Part shown: positions 53,677 to 64,000 of the stretch, piece by piece
How positions within the stretch are numbered: the stretch's first letter is position 1
Layout: each line of letters opens with the position of its first letter
DNA from: Octopus vulgaris
Taxonomy: Eukaryota
DNA length: 64,000 bases
Direction: 5' to 3'
NCBI GenBank assembly: GCA_951406725.2
Contig: OX597828.1
Location: 57,598,001 to 57,662,000, forward strand
Notes under the pieces: model-generated
Seen by the model: the letters and a program-made list of their open reading frames with translations, nothing else
Database searches by the model: none
What the model was told of the DNA's origin: nothing
Position numbers and translations under genes: made by a program

Positions 53677-54230
53677 AAATATCTATATAATTACAAAAAT
53701 TTTAATTATACAAAAGCAAAAATAAAAATAGGCAATCACCTTCGTAGACCATACAACACTCAGAGAGTCACACTACTGTTATATTATACATTACACATGT
53801 CTGTCAGACATAGAATTGAGCAGGTACCACTTTGCTATAAAGATATTTTTTTGTTAATATTTTATCGTCAATTCACTAAAGATGTTGAACATTTTACCAT
53901 ATTACATCCATTTATTGCAAATCCATGTTTTAACTACTATCAGCTGTGTATGCGGGGGTGGGGATGCGAGTGTGCGTGGGCAGCTATTGGCTGTTGGGTA
54001 TAAATGCCAATAATATTGCATTGATTTATTATTACTTGGCTATGTGTAGGCGTGTACTTGGCTCTGCCAATCTCTAGTTATGAAATCACTGAAAATCTGG
54101 TGACATTTACTATCCAGCTAATGAGAATTTTCAATTGTTTTCTTTCTTTCCAAAGATTACGGTGCTCAGATACTGCGAGAGACGAAAGTAGAACTTAAAT
54201 ATCCCAACCCACGAAATGTGTGTGTGTGTT

Positions 54231-54286
<56 letters not shown>

Positions 54287-54319
54287 GTACCTGCGTGGAA
54301 GTGGATAAGTTTTATTTAT

Positions 54320-54500
54320 ATATTTTTTACTTGTTTCTGTCATTTCACTGCAGCCATGCAGCCATCTTGAGTGGTTATAGTCGCACAAATCGGCCCAGGA
54401 CTTATTTCTTTTAAGCTTAGTACTCACATTATCGGTCTCTTTTGTGGAATCGCTGTGTTACGAGAACGTAAACACACCAACACCGGTCGTCAAGCAGTGA
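54320..54500 (-). mobile_element. 3' fragment of an older SINE family B copy
   Basis: ttttacttgtttctgtcattt..ctgcagccatgc...atcggtctcttttg. Confidence 0.75.
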
Positions 54501-54501
54501 A

Positions 54502-54540
<39 letters not shown>

Positions 54541-54543
<3 letters not shown>

Positions 54544-54948
54544 TCTTTTACTCTTTTACTTGTTTCAGTCATTTGACTGCGGCCATGCTGGAGCACCGCC
54601 TTTAGTCGAGCAAATCTACCCCGGGACTTATTCTTTGTAAGCCCAGTACTTATTCTATCGGTCTCTTTTGCCGAACCGCTAAGTGACGGGGACGTAAACA
54701 CACCAGCATCGGTTGTCAAGCAATGCTAGAGGGACAAACACAGACACACAAACATATACATACACATACATACATATATATACATATATATGACAGGCTT
54801 CTTTCAGTTTCCGTCTACCAAATCCACTCACAAGGCATTGGTTGGCCCGAGGCTATAGCAGAAGACACTTGCCTAAGATGCCACGCAGTGGGACTGAAAC
54901 CAGAACCATGTCGTTGGTAGGCAAGCTACTTACCACACAGCCACTCCT
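54541..54948 (-). mobile_element. Near full-length SINE family B
   Basis: Reverse complement of 16186-16590. Confidence 0.92.
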
Positions 54949-55535
54949 CTGTGTGTGTGTGTGTGTGTGTGCGTGCGTGTGTGTGTGTGTGCGTGCGTGT
55001 GTGTGTGTATACTTTTATTTTCCATCAACCAAATCCGGTTACAAGGCGATAGTAGAAGACACCTGGCCAAGGTGTCACGCAGTGACTTTATACTCTCGTT
55101 GTGTGTGTGCATGTATGTGTGTGTGGGCGTGTGCTTGTGTGCATGTGTGTATGTACGTATGTATGCATTTGCATATTGAACAAAGTATTTGAAAAATATG
55201 AATTATCGACGTGAAAGTGTTATTGTTTTTAAAACTCGTTCTAGAAGAATTCAGAGAGAAGTGTAATTTTAACCAGCTATATATACAGCCGACCTGTAAC
55301 CATTTTGATAAGAACCAATATACGAAATTGTTGCTTCTTCTAAAAATTTATATATACACATATATTCATTTTCCTTTTTACTTTTTCTCTCCACATCTCT
55401 CAGGCGTAACTGTGTGAGAAGAAGCATTTTTCCCCAATCAGATGGCTCGTAGATATTTGCTATTGCGCGTTAACCTGAACGGAGAGACTTCTACCAAAGT
55501 CTCGAGCCGACCTATGCCTTGAAGCTGAAAAAATT

Positions 55536-55594
<59 letters not shown>

Positions 55595-55615
55595 TATATA
55601 GAGAGAGAGAGAGAG

Positions 55616-55700
<85 letters not shown>

Positions 55701-55807
55701 TATGTGTGTGCGTGTGTGTTTGAGAGTGTGTGTGTGTGTTCGTTATAAGATCTTAAGTCAGAAAGAGCATATCCCCAAAATAAATGGAGAAGGTGTTTAT
55801 TTTTCTT

Positions 55808-56896
55808 TGTGTAGCGTAACAAATTTAGAGAAATACCATTGGGTTAATATCTAGCGAGAACCAAACATATCATCAGTTTCTCTAAGCCATAGCTGTTCTC
55901 TTCAAAACATGTTTTTAAAAATACATGAACACTCATGACAGTTGAAGGAAAATTCCTGTTAAAAAATTATGGCCGGGTGAGTTACCTCCCTACGCTTGAT
56001 AGCTGGGTTTTCCATTTTTTAAAGTAAAAACTTCTGAAAATGTGGACAAATCCCCATGGCTTCCGTCCTGGAGTTCAGGTGGCCTCCTCGCTCATGTGAG
56101 TTTATTAGGATTATATATCTTTCTGCCATACGCAATTTATATAGCTTTGTTCCATCGCGACGGGGTCCACAAGTTTCTAATAATTTCCAACCGATCTTAA
56201 ATGGTGCATGATCGTCCTTTAGGCGCCATAAGTATGCTAGAGTGTTGTTGTATTGAGCCGCTCCGGCACTCTGAAAGAACACCTGTGATTGTTCAGGTGA
56301 AGTTTAAATTTGGATTCACAAGATCTGTCATAGATTTTAGTGTGTCCCTGCTTTGGCATTGCTATTACTGTTATTTTTGCTGCTTTTGTTTGAGGGATTG
56401 TTCGCCTGAACAATCACAGATGTTCTTTAAGGGTGCTGAAGAGACACAATACAACACTCGCAGCATACGTAATGCGCCTAAAGGACGATCATACGCCTTT
56501 TAACATCGGGTGGAAATTACTAGAAACTTGTGGACCCTGTTGCAATGGAACAAAGCTATATGAAATTTGTACGGCAGAAAGATATAGCATCCTAATAAAC
56601 TCACATGAGCCAGGAGGCCACCTGAACTTCAGGACGGAAGCCGCGGGGAATTGTCCCCATTTTCGGAAAATTTTACTTCAAAATTGGAAAACCTAGCTAT
56701 CAAGCGAAGAGAGGTAACTTCGCCGGCCATATTTTTTAACAGAAATATTTTAACAGAAATATCCGTCACTGGCGATCATGTACTTTTAAAAACATCTTTT
56801 GCAGAGAACAGCTATTGTTTAGAAAAATTGAAGATATGTCTAGTTCAGGATAGATATTAAACCAATGGTATTTCTCTGAATTTGTTACGTTACACA
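55808..56896. mobile_element. Inverted pair of PLE 3' ends (GIY-YIG endonuclease C-terminal half, Naiad-like)
   Basis: Arms 55808-56301 / 56401-56896; TTLAAYVMRLKD..FNIGWKLL..EICTAERY..LNFRTE..CPHFRKILL at 56433-56696 (+) and homolog at 56019-56282 (-); decayed hammerheads at 55827-55883 (-) and 56821-56877 (+). Confidence 0.8.
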
Positions 56897-56944
56897 TACA
56901 CACACACAATACACACACACACACACACACATACACACACACAT

Positions 56945-57074
<130 letters not shown>

Positions 57075-57436
57075 AAATGTGTTGTTGAAAATGCACCTAA
57101 ATTTCTAAAACTTGTAAATGTCCAAAATTCATTTATTTACATAATGTACCAAACTAGTTTCAGCAATATTTTTTGTTTATCAATGGTAAAAGTTTAAAGT
57201 TATGAATTAGAAAAACATCTTTAAAAGTTTCGACGTTGACAAATTAACATGTTCAGAACAGATGCATTTAGCATTATGAATTAGGAGGACAGGTGCAAGT
57301 TTGAATGTTCATTGCAGTCAATAGTATTAAAACTGTATATTAATTCGCTTGAATGTACAAAGTTCAGCAATTTTAGTGGTGGTCGACAAGTCATACTGAG
57401 TTAAGAGGCAAAAACAAAATAAGGGAGAAATGAAAA

Positions 57437-57821
57437 TCTCTCTCTATATAAACGGCAGTTTGTCTGTGCGTGTTTCTGTGTGTCTGTTTGCTTGTACCCT
57501 CACCCTGACCACGGCTTTCAACCGATTCTGATGAAACTTGACACACACATAGCCCAATGTCATAATTCAAAACTAACGCAGCGAAAATTTTGAAAAGTTC
57601 CCCCAGTTCTGAAAAAAATCGATAAATTCGACATGGGGTCGAGAATCAGGAACACAAACCACAAACTTTGTAGGTGACGCAACTCCACCTTTTTTAACTA
57701 TCAAAAAAAAATTTACCATAATTTTTTCCATTTTTTTGGCTATTTTTTGGCTATAACTCTCTAAAAATGCTTTATAGATATTTCCCTTACAAACCTGAGC
57801 AACGCCGGGCGATACTGCTAG
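57437..57821 (+). mobile_element. Non-autonomous Helitron
   Basis: A|TCtctctctatataaa ... hairpin cctgagcaacgccggg ... CTAG|T; no TSD seen. Confidence 0.8.
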
Positions 57822-58800
57822 TAGTAAATAAAAGGGAATTTGTTTTACAGTTGCTCTGATCCTCTTTCCGAAGACGCTTTTTCTTGTAGTGGTATCTTTT
57901 GGGATCAGATGTATTTATAAATTTTTTTTCCCGCGAGCGGATCTCATTTTTGATTCGCCAAAATACTGGTCACGCTTCTTTAGTGGTCAAGCTTGTCGTT
58001 CTACTTGGTTGGCTTCCCCGTGGAAACGGTCATCAGTCGTTCTGGCTGGTTGGTTCTCATAAAGGCTCATTTCGTTGTATTTGCTTAAGTTCGGTTTTGG
58101 ATGAAATGTATACGTTAGTACACTGAAATGCTAAATAATTAATAGTTATAAGTTTTCTCCGGAATACATTCTAAATTACTATTTTACTAAATAATATCGT
58201 ATCCCAAGTCATTTATATTTAGTTTTTTCACCCTCAAAAATTTTTTTCATCTCTCAATTTGTCTTCAATATCATTAACAGCTCATATTATAATTAAACGA
58301 CTACTCTATGTCCCCTAACGCTTAGAAGACCATTTTTCAAATACATTTTAGTATTGTAGCAAGATTTCAGTAGAAAATATCTCCCTACACGACCCCGGCA
58401 TCCTAATAAATTATTGTTTACTTTAATTGAATATTTGAAAATAAGTTCATCATCTTACTTATTTCGTAGCTCACCAAAAAAAAGTAAACATCCACCCTAA
58501 TGATATCTGGCCATAATGTGGGGTTATTTTACATCTAAACATCGCTTGAATGGTGAACATAGGGGCCGGATTGAAACATATTTAGGATTCTTTTAGATCT
58601 ATTTCTTTTGTTGATTCTGTTTCTTGAAATCTCAAATCATATATATTACTTTTTTTATCGTGTTACAAATAAATTAACTAAGTGCTATATTGCAGAACTT
58701 TCTCTCAATATATTTGATAACACCAGTTGATATCCAGATTTTTTTTAAAAAGTCCCTTACAAGGAAATTACACCCTCAATTTTGAATTATATATATATAT

Positions 58801-58998
58801 AAAGCTCCACGAAGCTCCGGCGGGAGATGGTGGTGATCCCTGGTGTACTCTTTCGCCACAACTTTCTCTCACTCTTTCTTCTGTTGGCCTGCTCGCGTAG
58901 CCAGGAGGGTGGCGTCATTCGAAGGCTAAAACAATGCGAAGTGTATTGTGACCAGCGATGTGTAGCAACATCTGATAGCCTGGTCGGTCACGGTGATA
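58801..58998 (+). mobile_element. SINE related to family A with a different 3' module
   Basis: aaagctccacgaagctccggc...ctttctctcactctt shared with 8700-8772, then an unrelated tail. Confidence 0.75.
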
Positions 58999-59028
58999 TA
59001 CATACATACATACATACATACATACACA

Positions 59029-59074
<46 letters not shown>

Positions 59075-59084
59075 CAGTACACTC

Positions 59085-59333
59085 TCCCGTGCCGAACAAT
59101 CATGCAGATGATTTGTTTATAATGATATGATATTTGTGCACACATAAGCTCACTCTCTCCATCAAATCCGCATCACCTGTGCAGGTGCACCGAGTGCCAC
59201 ATGTCAAATTACGAAATGATCGCAGAGATGAAATGTTTTGCTCAAGAACACCATGCAGTCCCTGGTCTGTGAATCGAACACACGATCTCGCAATCGTGAT
59301 TGCAATACCCTAACCCCTAAGATATCGCCTTCA
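59085..59333 (-). mobile_element. Old tRNA/CORE-like SINE
   Basis: gtgaaggcg...ggttagggt...gtgttcgattc...gtgttcttgagcaaaaca. Confidence 0.55.
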
Positions 59334-60317
59334 CAATATATATACGTGGTTGCATGTGTGTGCGTGCGTGTGTGTATGTGTGTGTTTTTGCATATGTGCG
59401 AGTGCGTTTCTGTGTCTGTGTGTGTATTATCACTTAGCTGTCTATAAACCATAAGTTAGAAAATAAAACAAAATCATGATGGTTACACTTTCACACATTC
59501 TTGAGTAATATAGCACTTGTTATGGCATATAACTGATGTTACCGTCGCTTTTGCGCCGACTATCGCAGCTACAGATTTTGATGAGTCTCTGCATAGCCTC
59601 TTTTATGATATATCTATCCTCTGGGGCAACAATTTTCCCATTTTGTCTGTTGGTGCCATGAGAAATAAACAGACTTTACTATTACTTATCCTCTAGTTTA
59701 TAAAATGAATATCGCTTGTAACGGTTTAGCTATCATATGATTAATTACCTTTGTGTGTGAACGGACTACATGTGTATGAATCAAATAGCTGTAGAGAAGA
59801 TTTGGTCTACATTCAATGTGAATTATAGTTAATTATATTAAATTATATAAAGTATCACATACCTGAAAATGAAACTACGTATTCTGCCATAATGAGATGG
59901 TAGACAAGAACTCAGGTGTATGGCACAGTATGTTAATGTATCATAAATATGGCATTAACTAAATTCAAAGGGCTACATTAATTAGGATAGGCTGGGATGA
60001 TGACGTTATCATTTCTCACATAAAATTACGCAATAATCAAATGATTACAGGACATTAATTAATAATAACATTTAAGGAGTTTATTCTAAACGTTATAAAT
60101 GCAAATCGCTTTGTCATTTAATTTCCTAAACCTTGTAGTAGGTCTAGAGAATAGCTATAACTATCTACAAAGAGGAACGTGAAGCAAGCATATATTAACA
60201 TCTAAAATCCAGAAATATAACAATCTACGTCAGAAACTCTAAAAATGTAAACTTTCAAGTTTAAACTTTTGTTTCCAAGAATATAGGAACTAATTCAACT
60301 AGACATTATACGCTAGA

Positions 60318-61124
60318 CTAGCTATTTTGACCCGTGCTTCGCTTGGGTTTTGGTGGTGACGGCAACCTAAAGGTAGCCCCGCCTCAGACCATTTCCCACC
60401 CCATTTTACCCCTAGTGTAAATTTTGGCGCCAATCCAACCCCATCTACCACCCCTTAAACCTTTCCCATCCCAAAATGAGACAAATAACCAGGAAATCAA
60501 ACAACTTTTTCGCATTTCAGCTTTATAGATATTGACTCTATTATACACATATATATATATATGTATATACATTATATATATATTTATACACACACATATA
60601 TATATATATAAATTAACTCACTGATTAATAATATCTGTTATGATTGTGTGGTGGTGGTTGGCGATAATAATTCACCGTTCTAAAAGACCTGCGGCGGGAA
60701 TATTGAAACTTTTGCGGCTGTCAACGCTTTCTCTCTATAGATACAGACAGACGTAGTGTGAGACGTGGTGGGAGAAAGAGTGAGAGAGAGACGGCGAAAG
60801 CGGTGAGGGAATGAGAGTGGAAGGTGTCAAACGTCGTTATAGAGAGAATGTAGAGGGAAGGAAGGAAAGAGAGGGATCGAGGAAGACAGGGTGATATCCG
60901 AAAGTGGGAAACGATAAACACTTGTTAAAGTCTGTGTTTTGTTGCCCTAGTAACCACAGCTTTTGCGATAGGGGTTTCTAACCTAGCCCAGTCGCTTCCA
61001 CGCTTCGTTTTATATGCCTCTGTAAATTTTGGTGCCAATCCGACCCCATCTACCGCCCCTTAAACCCTTCACATCCCCAAATGAAACAAACAACTTTTTC
61101 GCATTTCAGCTTTAAAGATATTGA
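60318..61124 (-). mobile_element. Composite non-autonomous Helitron
   Basis: 5' TCaatatct at 61124 and again at 60535; 3' hairpin followed by CTAG at 60318-60321. Confidence 0.75.
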
Positions 61125-62129
61125 TATAGAATCTCTATAACATTATTGTGGGTTCACCGGACAAACTGTAAACGACATCCAGAAATTAATTGCAGAGTAT
61201 GATAAATGTGGTCACTTTTATCCCAAAAATCACCTCAAATGTGCAGCGAAAAAAGCAGTGAAATTGTCCCTTTTTTTTCCGAAGCAGTTTCAAGGGCTAC
61301 AACATAAACCGTAAACTTCATGATTTTAAAATTTCTTGACTCTGAAGCCTTCGAATTTTTCGAGATACTTTGAAGATTCTTGAGATTTGTGGGATGTTCT
61401 AGAAACGTTTTCTTCGAGGTTTTTTTAGTTTATGAAGTTTATTAAGCTTTAAATCATTTTTCTAAAGTAATTATCTCTTTAAGCGGTTTTTTTTTTGAGA
61501 ATTCTTGATAAAAGAATTCTACAATTTTTTTCATCTTTTTTATCCAGTTCTTCATTGTTTTTAATTTCTGTTAACTTATTCAGTTACAGTATTCCCTCTT
61601 CCTCCTTTTACCTTCTTCACCCCTCCTGCTAACAGCGTTGCCCAGTTACGTTTCTATACTATAAACCATAATATCACCCTTGAGAATGAAAGAAAAATCA
61701 GCAGAGTTTTTTCGAAATCATTCAATGGAATTGCATTCAGTAAAATAAATAGAAGCCAAGTGCTTGAGTTAATAGAGCCGACTATATATCTCCTCATGCC
61801 AAAATACCTAATTGGCACTATGCCGAAAAACAATCAATATTTTTAGATTTAGATTGAAATAGTAACACCTACTCTATAATTTAATTCTAAAATTTGTTAA
61901 TGTTGCCAGCAGTAGTAGTATTGATGTAAAAATCAGTTATTTTTGTTGGTGTTGTGGTTCTACTTGTTCTTGTTTTTGCTATTGCTTAACATAGAATGGT
62001 CCTTAAAAGACAGACATATGATCAAATCCGTTTATCCCTTGATTATCCTGGTTTTTTGTCCAGATACAGTGTATCATTGTCTAATGGGTTATTCATTTCT
62101 AAGCCAGTGGGACGTGATTTGAGAAAGAT

Positions 62130-62512
62130 ATGGTTGCTAATAGGATCAATAGTAATCTTAATACACCTGGGCGCCTATGAAACTTGGACAGTGATAACAG
62201 AAATCGAAAGAAAAATCCAGGCTACAGTGATGAAGTGTTCCAGAAGGATTTTGGGAATATCATAGAGATCGTGTCACAAATGAGGAAATGGAAAAATGAA
62301 TAAGGCAGGCAATACGGCCCTAGGAGGATCTTCTTACCACAGTAAAGAAATGCTCAGGTACTTTGGCTATGTCACCCGCTCATCAGGGTTGGCCAAAACA
62401 GTCCTTCAGAGAACAGCCAAAGGTGGCAGACGTAGAGGCAGAAGAAAGAGACGGGATCTGGTTGCAAGGTTATCAGTGGTATCCCGACGGCCAGCCACAC
62501 TACGGGACATGT
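62130..62512 (+). mobile_element. RTE-clade LINE 3' fragment
   Basis: YETWT..ERKIQA..MKCSRRILGIS..RVTNEE, LRYFGYVTR..GLAKTVLQ..GGRRRGR. Confidence 0.85.
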
Positions 62513-63648
62513 AATGGAATAATGGATTCTATTTTTACCGAGTCATACAACTAATTGGGAACTCTATCACTGACCCATGTGATAAGATGTTACGAAGGAT
62601 GTCAGCCTCTGGTGTATATAAAAATCTACCAAACGCTATATACATCTCTATGGGCATTACTGACTATGTACCAGTTCAATCACTCCTTCATCATCGCTTC
62701 CTCTGAAGTGCAACAAGGATTTTAATACTGAAATCATTCACTCTAGAGATGATGAAACAGCAACAGAAAGGGGGAGAAGGGAGGCAAGACAGAAGACTTA
62801 AGAAAGAAAACAGACAGGATGATATGGAGGAAATCAATATTGATTTCATCATATACTTATATTAACTGACAATTTTTAAATTCAGAGAGACTGCTGCTAA
62901 GTTTGCTACTGTGTTTAATAAAGGGAAAGAACGGGAGGAAAATTGTAAGAAATGGTAAAAAATAAACAAAAGAAACAGGCGTTGATAATAAGGATTTACT
63001 ATAATAAAAAGAAACAGGCTTGGTGGCCAAGCAACAATATATATTAAACAAGAAAGCAATTTTGTCAGAATTAGGGTACTTAAAATTACTTTGCCATAAA
63101 TAGTATATGATGTAAAATTAAAACACTAACACATACATATTTCCACATAAATATATACATACATACATACATACATAAATTCATACAATTATATCTCTCT
63201 AGTATCATTTATCATTTATATTTTACAATACTCTGTAATAACAGACGACATTAAAACAAGACAGCCGATAACAGATCCGTGACTGAGTTTTTAGTTATAA
63301 ACAGACATTTGTATGTATTGATTTATGTCTATTTTAAAACACGAATTATTTTTAATAATCCATACACAGCATAAATTTCGCGAGCAGCTTTAGCGGCCTT
63401 AGAATTTTGATTAAAAGCAAAAACGAAGGAAGTGTCGAAAATGCTCGTTTTTCTTAACTTGACACTCCATTTTAATGATCTGAAAATAAACAAAAATTAA
63501 CTAAAATTAACTAGAAAAAAAAAGTAAGTAGATTTCAAAATGATTCAAAAATAGAATTCTCGAAAAAAATAGATTCCAAAATTTCAAAACGCAATAAATT
63601 CCAAAATTTATAAAAACGGCGGGAACTTAGTTGCCAACCCAATATATA

Positions 63649-64000
63649 CTAGCAAATGCCCTCGTCGTCCATTGGACGGTTTCTATAGGTGAAGAGGGTT
63701 ACGTTGGACGATGTTTGGTGATTGTATGGAGTTGTTACTTTTGGTTAGGGCATTAAAGATTCATGAGACGCTAAAACTGTTGACTGTTTCTTCTAAATAA
63801 GAAAATTTGATTGATAGTGTATCTTAACACAGTGAACCTTTTAAAACTTGTCATGAAGCCAATAAAATGAAGGAAGTCTCTTCAGCCCCCCCTACAACTT
63901 TCAGTAGAATCGGACATCATAATTAACCTCAAACTTTTTCTACTCAAACACTTTCACATTGGGATAAGCACAATGTACTCTTCCATAGCACATACCTCAT
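63649..64000 (-). mobile_element. Possible Helitron 3' end running off the window
   Basis: a|ctagc...cgtccattggacg hairpin next to CTAG. Confidence 0.35.

Noticed and set aside
57528-57540. CTGATGAAAC motif
   Set aside because: Part of the Helitron internal sequence; no stems
57912-57919. TATAAATA on the minus strand upstream of the candidate peptide gene
   Set aside because: Expected by chance in AT-rich DNA; no TSS evidence
59855-59875. tttcattttcAG|GTatgt possible recursive splice site or donor (minus strand)
   Set aside because: Single short motif with no supporting gene model

Overview
AT-rich, microsatellite-dense animal genomic DNA, intronic or intergenic. The SINE repertoire and (TA)n/(GATA)n/(TAA)n load suggest an octopus; this is an inference, not a search result. 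No intact host protein gene is recognisable, and most ORF-track entries are microsatellite translations. The window is a mosaic of decayed transposons: several tRNA-derived SINE families, four R4/Dong-type LINE fragments tied to (TAA)n, Tx1/L1, RTE and CR1/L2 fragments, mariner, DD41D and maT-like transposase fossils, non-autonomous Helitrons, and many Penelope-like element (PLE) remnants. The main signal is about a dozen type-I hammerhead ribozyme (HHR) motifs with palindromic stem III, a few with apparently intact cores. Many sit inside long fold-back inverted repeats embedded in (TA)n, and two of those fold back inside the ribozyme itself. There is also a speculative two-exon model for a small RWamide neuropeptide-like precursor at 52078-52662 (-). 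All alignments and translations were done by eye, so boundaries are approximate unless termini or TSDs are quoted.
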